Assembly (NCBI GenBank): GCA_017466375.1
Contig: JAFTUH010000040.1
Span: 15,069 to 79,068, forward strand
Direction of reading: 5' to 3'
DNA length: 64,000 nucleotides
Source: Clostridia bacterium
GTDB taxonomy: Bacteria; Bacillota; Clostridia; Oscillospirales; CAG-272
Positions 63,187 through 64,000 of the stretch are shown here, in pieces. The notes below the pieces were generated by a model. It ran no database searches, was not told the DNA's origin, and worked only from the letters and a program-made list of their open reading frames with translations. The translations under genes were made by a program, and so were the position numbers. The stretch's first letter is position 1; every line of letters begins with the position of its first letter.

Positions 63187-64000
63187 ATGCACGTTTTCTG
63201 CGTGTCAGGAGAAGCACGGCGACACCCAGTGCAAGAACTGCTGCGATCACAGCGATAATGATTCCCGTATTACCGGAAGCACCCGGATCAGTAGCCGTAT
63301 CGGTCGGCTCCGTTTTTGCAGGCTCCGTCTCATCGGAATCGCTCGGTGTGAGAGTGGCGGTTTCGCGCGTCTCCGTCACACCGCACGCCTCGCAAGTACG
63401 GGTCTCCTCACCGGCCGCATCGGCACTCGGCGCCTTTGTTTCGCTCCATGCACCGAAGCTGTGTCCGAGCGCACTTACCTTGTCATCCGTATAGGAATCG
63501 CCGCAGGCACAGGTGTACGTCGTATAGCCGTCCTCCGTGCACGTCGGTGCGGTCACGGCAGATGCGTACTCGTGCTTGTGCGGCTCGCTGTCCTCATCCA
63601 CCACGATATACGTGCTGAAATGCTCGAGCTCTGCCGTCGCGGTGCGTGCAGACACGTCAACCGTAGTATGCAGCGGCTCCAGCTTTCCGTCCTTCGCCAT
63701 GAAATACACGGTGACGTTCACGCTGTATCCGTCGGGAATCGCAAAGGTAACGGTCAGCTTGCCTTCGGGCTGTACGGACACATTATCCTTCTCTGCCGTG
63801 AATTCGTACGCCACGTACTTCTCGGCAACGCTCATCATCGCAGTAACGACCGTATCAAAAACGTCGCCGCTGAGGATCTCCTCGATCTTGACGACCGTAT
63901 CTTCCTCAAAGCAATCGTTTTCGGGAACGGTCACGGCAGAATCCGCGGGAACGTGATAGGTAACGCCGTCCTGTACGATCACATCCGACTCCGCAAGCAC
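63185..64000 (-). CDS. C-terminal part of a cell-surface protein with a Cys-rich module and a C-terminal membrane anchor (5' end outside the window)
   Basis: ORF open to the window edge. Cys-rich segment (HKHEY...APTCTEDGYTTYTCACGDSY...GHSF...ETRTCEACG), acidic Thr/Pro-rich linker, TM helix IIIAVIAAVLALGVAVLLL, and a basic RRKRA end. Confidence 0.7.
   Translation of the reverse strand: MLAESDVIVQDGVTYHVPADSAVTVPENDCFEEDTVVKIEEILSGDVFDTVVTAMMSVAEKYVAYEFTAEKDNVSVQPEGKLTVTFAIPDGYSVNVTVYFMAKDGKLEPLHTTVDVSARTATAELEHFSTYIVVDEDSEPHKHEYASAVTAPTCTEDGYTTYTCACGDSYTDDKVSALGHSFGAWSETKAPSADAAGEETRTCEACGVTETRETATLTPSDSDETEPAKTEPTDTATDPGASGNTGIIIAVIAAVLALGVAVLLLTRRKRA

Noticed and set aside
1-64000. Mobile elements, prophage, CRISPR arrays, tRNA/rRNA genes, toxin-antitoxin or defence islands
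   Set aside because: I saw no transposase, integrase or recombinase-like ORFs, no regularly spaced direct repeats, no cloverleaf-like segments in the intergenic regions (all are under 460 nt and are explained by promoters and terminators), and no defence-gene signatures. The window looks like core chromosome. A proper tRNAscan/Infernal run would be needed to exclude small RNAs formally.

Overview
This is a GC-rich, gene-dense chromosomal segment. It looks like a Clostridia-class Firmicute: GGAGG-type RBSs, tilS-hpt-ftsH and rsmD-coaD synteny, a PASTA-bearing class B PBP, and peptidoglycan-binding proteins without signal peptides. The taxon is inference only. Layout: (i) 0.3-16.3 kb, minus strand: an ABC exporter, then a compact dcw cluster transcribed mraZ-rsmH-ftsL-PBP-murE-murF-mraY-ftsW-murG-ftsQ-ftsZ, with no murD, murC, murB, ddl or ftsA. 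(ii) 16.7-24.7 kb, minus: MscS channel, coaD-rsmD, uvrC, ptsH, and a MacB/FtsX-type ABC transporter with a lipoprotein. (iii) 24.8-27.3 kb, plus: polA. (iv) 27.4-32.9 kb, minus: nitroreductase, clpC and three peptidoglycan-binding / carboxypeptidase-regulatory-like genes. (v) 33.0-38.9 kb, plus: folA, a translationally coupled trio (VTC-like polyphosphate-polymerase-domain protein, DUF4956 membrane protein, Cthe_2159-type beta-helix lipoprotein), and an ECF-type sigma / membrane-protein pair. (vi) 39.0-40.6 kb: prfC. (vii) 40.6-43.7 kb, minus: zinc-ribbon membrane protein, and tetR with an acyl-CoA ligase. (viii) 43.9-52.4 kb, plus: an eight-gene aromatic amino acid operon (aroF-tyrA-aroB-aroA-aroC-pheA-aroE/aroK fusion-aroQ). 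(ix) 52.5-57.7 kb, plus: an envelope glycopolymer operon (O-antigen-ligase-like, DUF4330, WecA/TagO-like, unknown, DUF4330-like). (x) 57.7-64.0 kb, minus: a membrane-anchored XRE regulator, a small ORF-tilS-hpt-ftsH operon, and a partial surface protein. I found no rRNA, tRNA, CRISPR, transposase, integrase or phage genes. The ORF track starts ORFs at ATG, GTG or TTG, and many of its long ORFs are antisense artefacts of GC-rich coding DNA. I re-assigned several starts using RBS position. The best hidden signal is a 20-codon Phe/Tyr-rich leader ORF lying between a consensus promoter and an intrinsic terminator upstream of the aro operon; this is a candidate ribosome-stalling attenuator. The second is the uncharacterised VTC/DUF4956/beta-helix module. 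Everything was done by eye, with no folding, searches or statistics.
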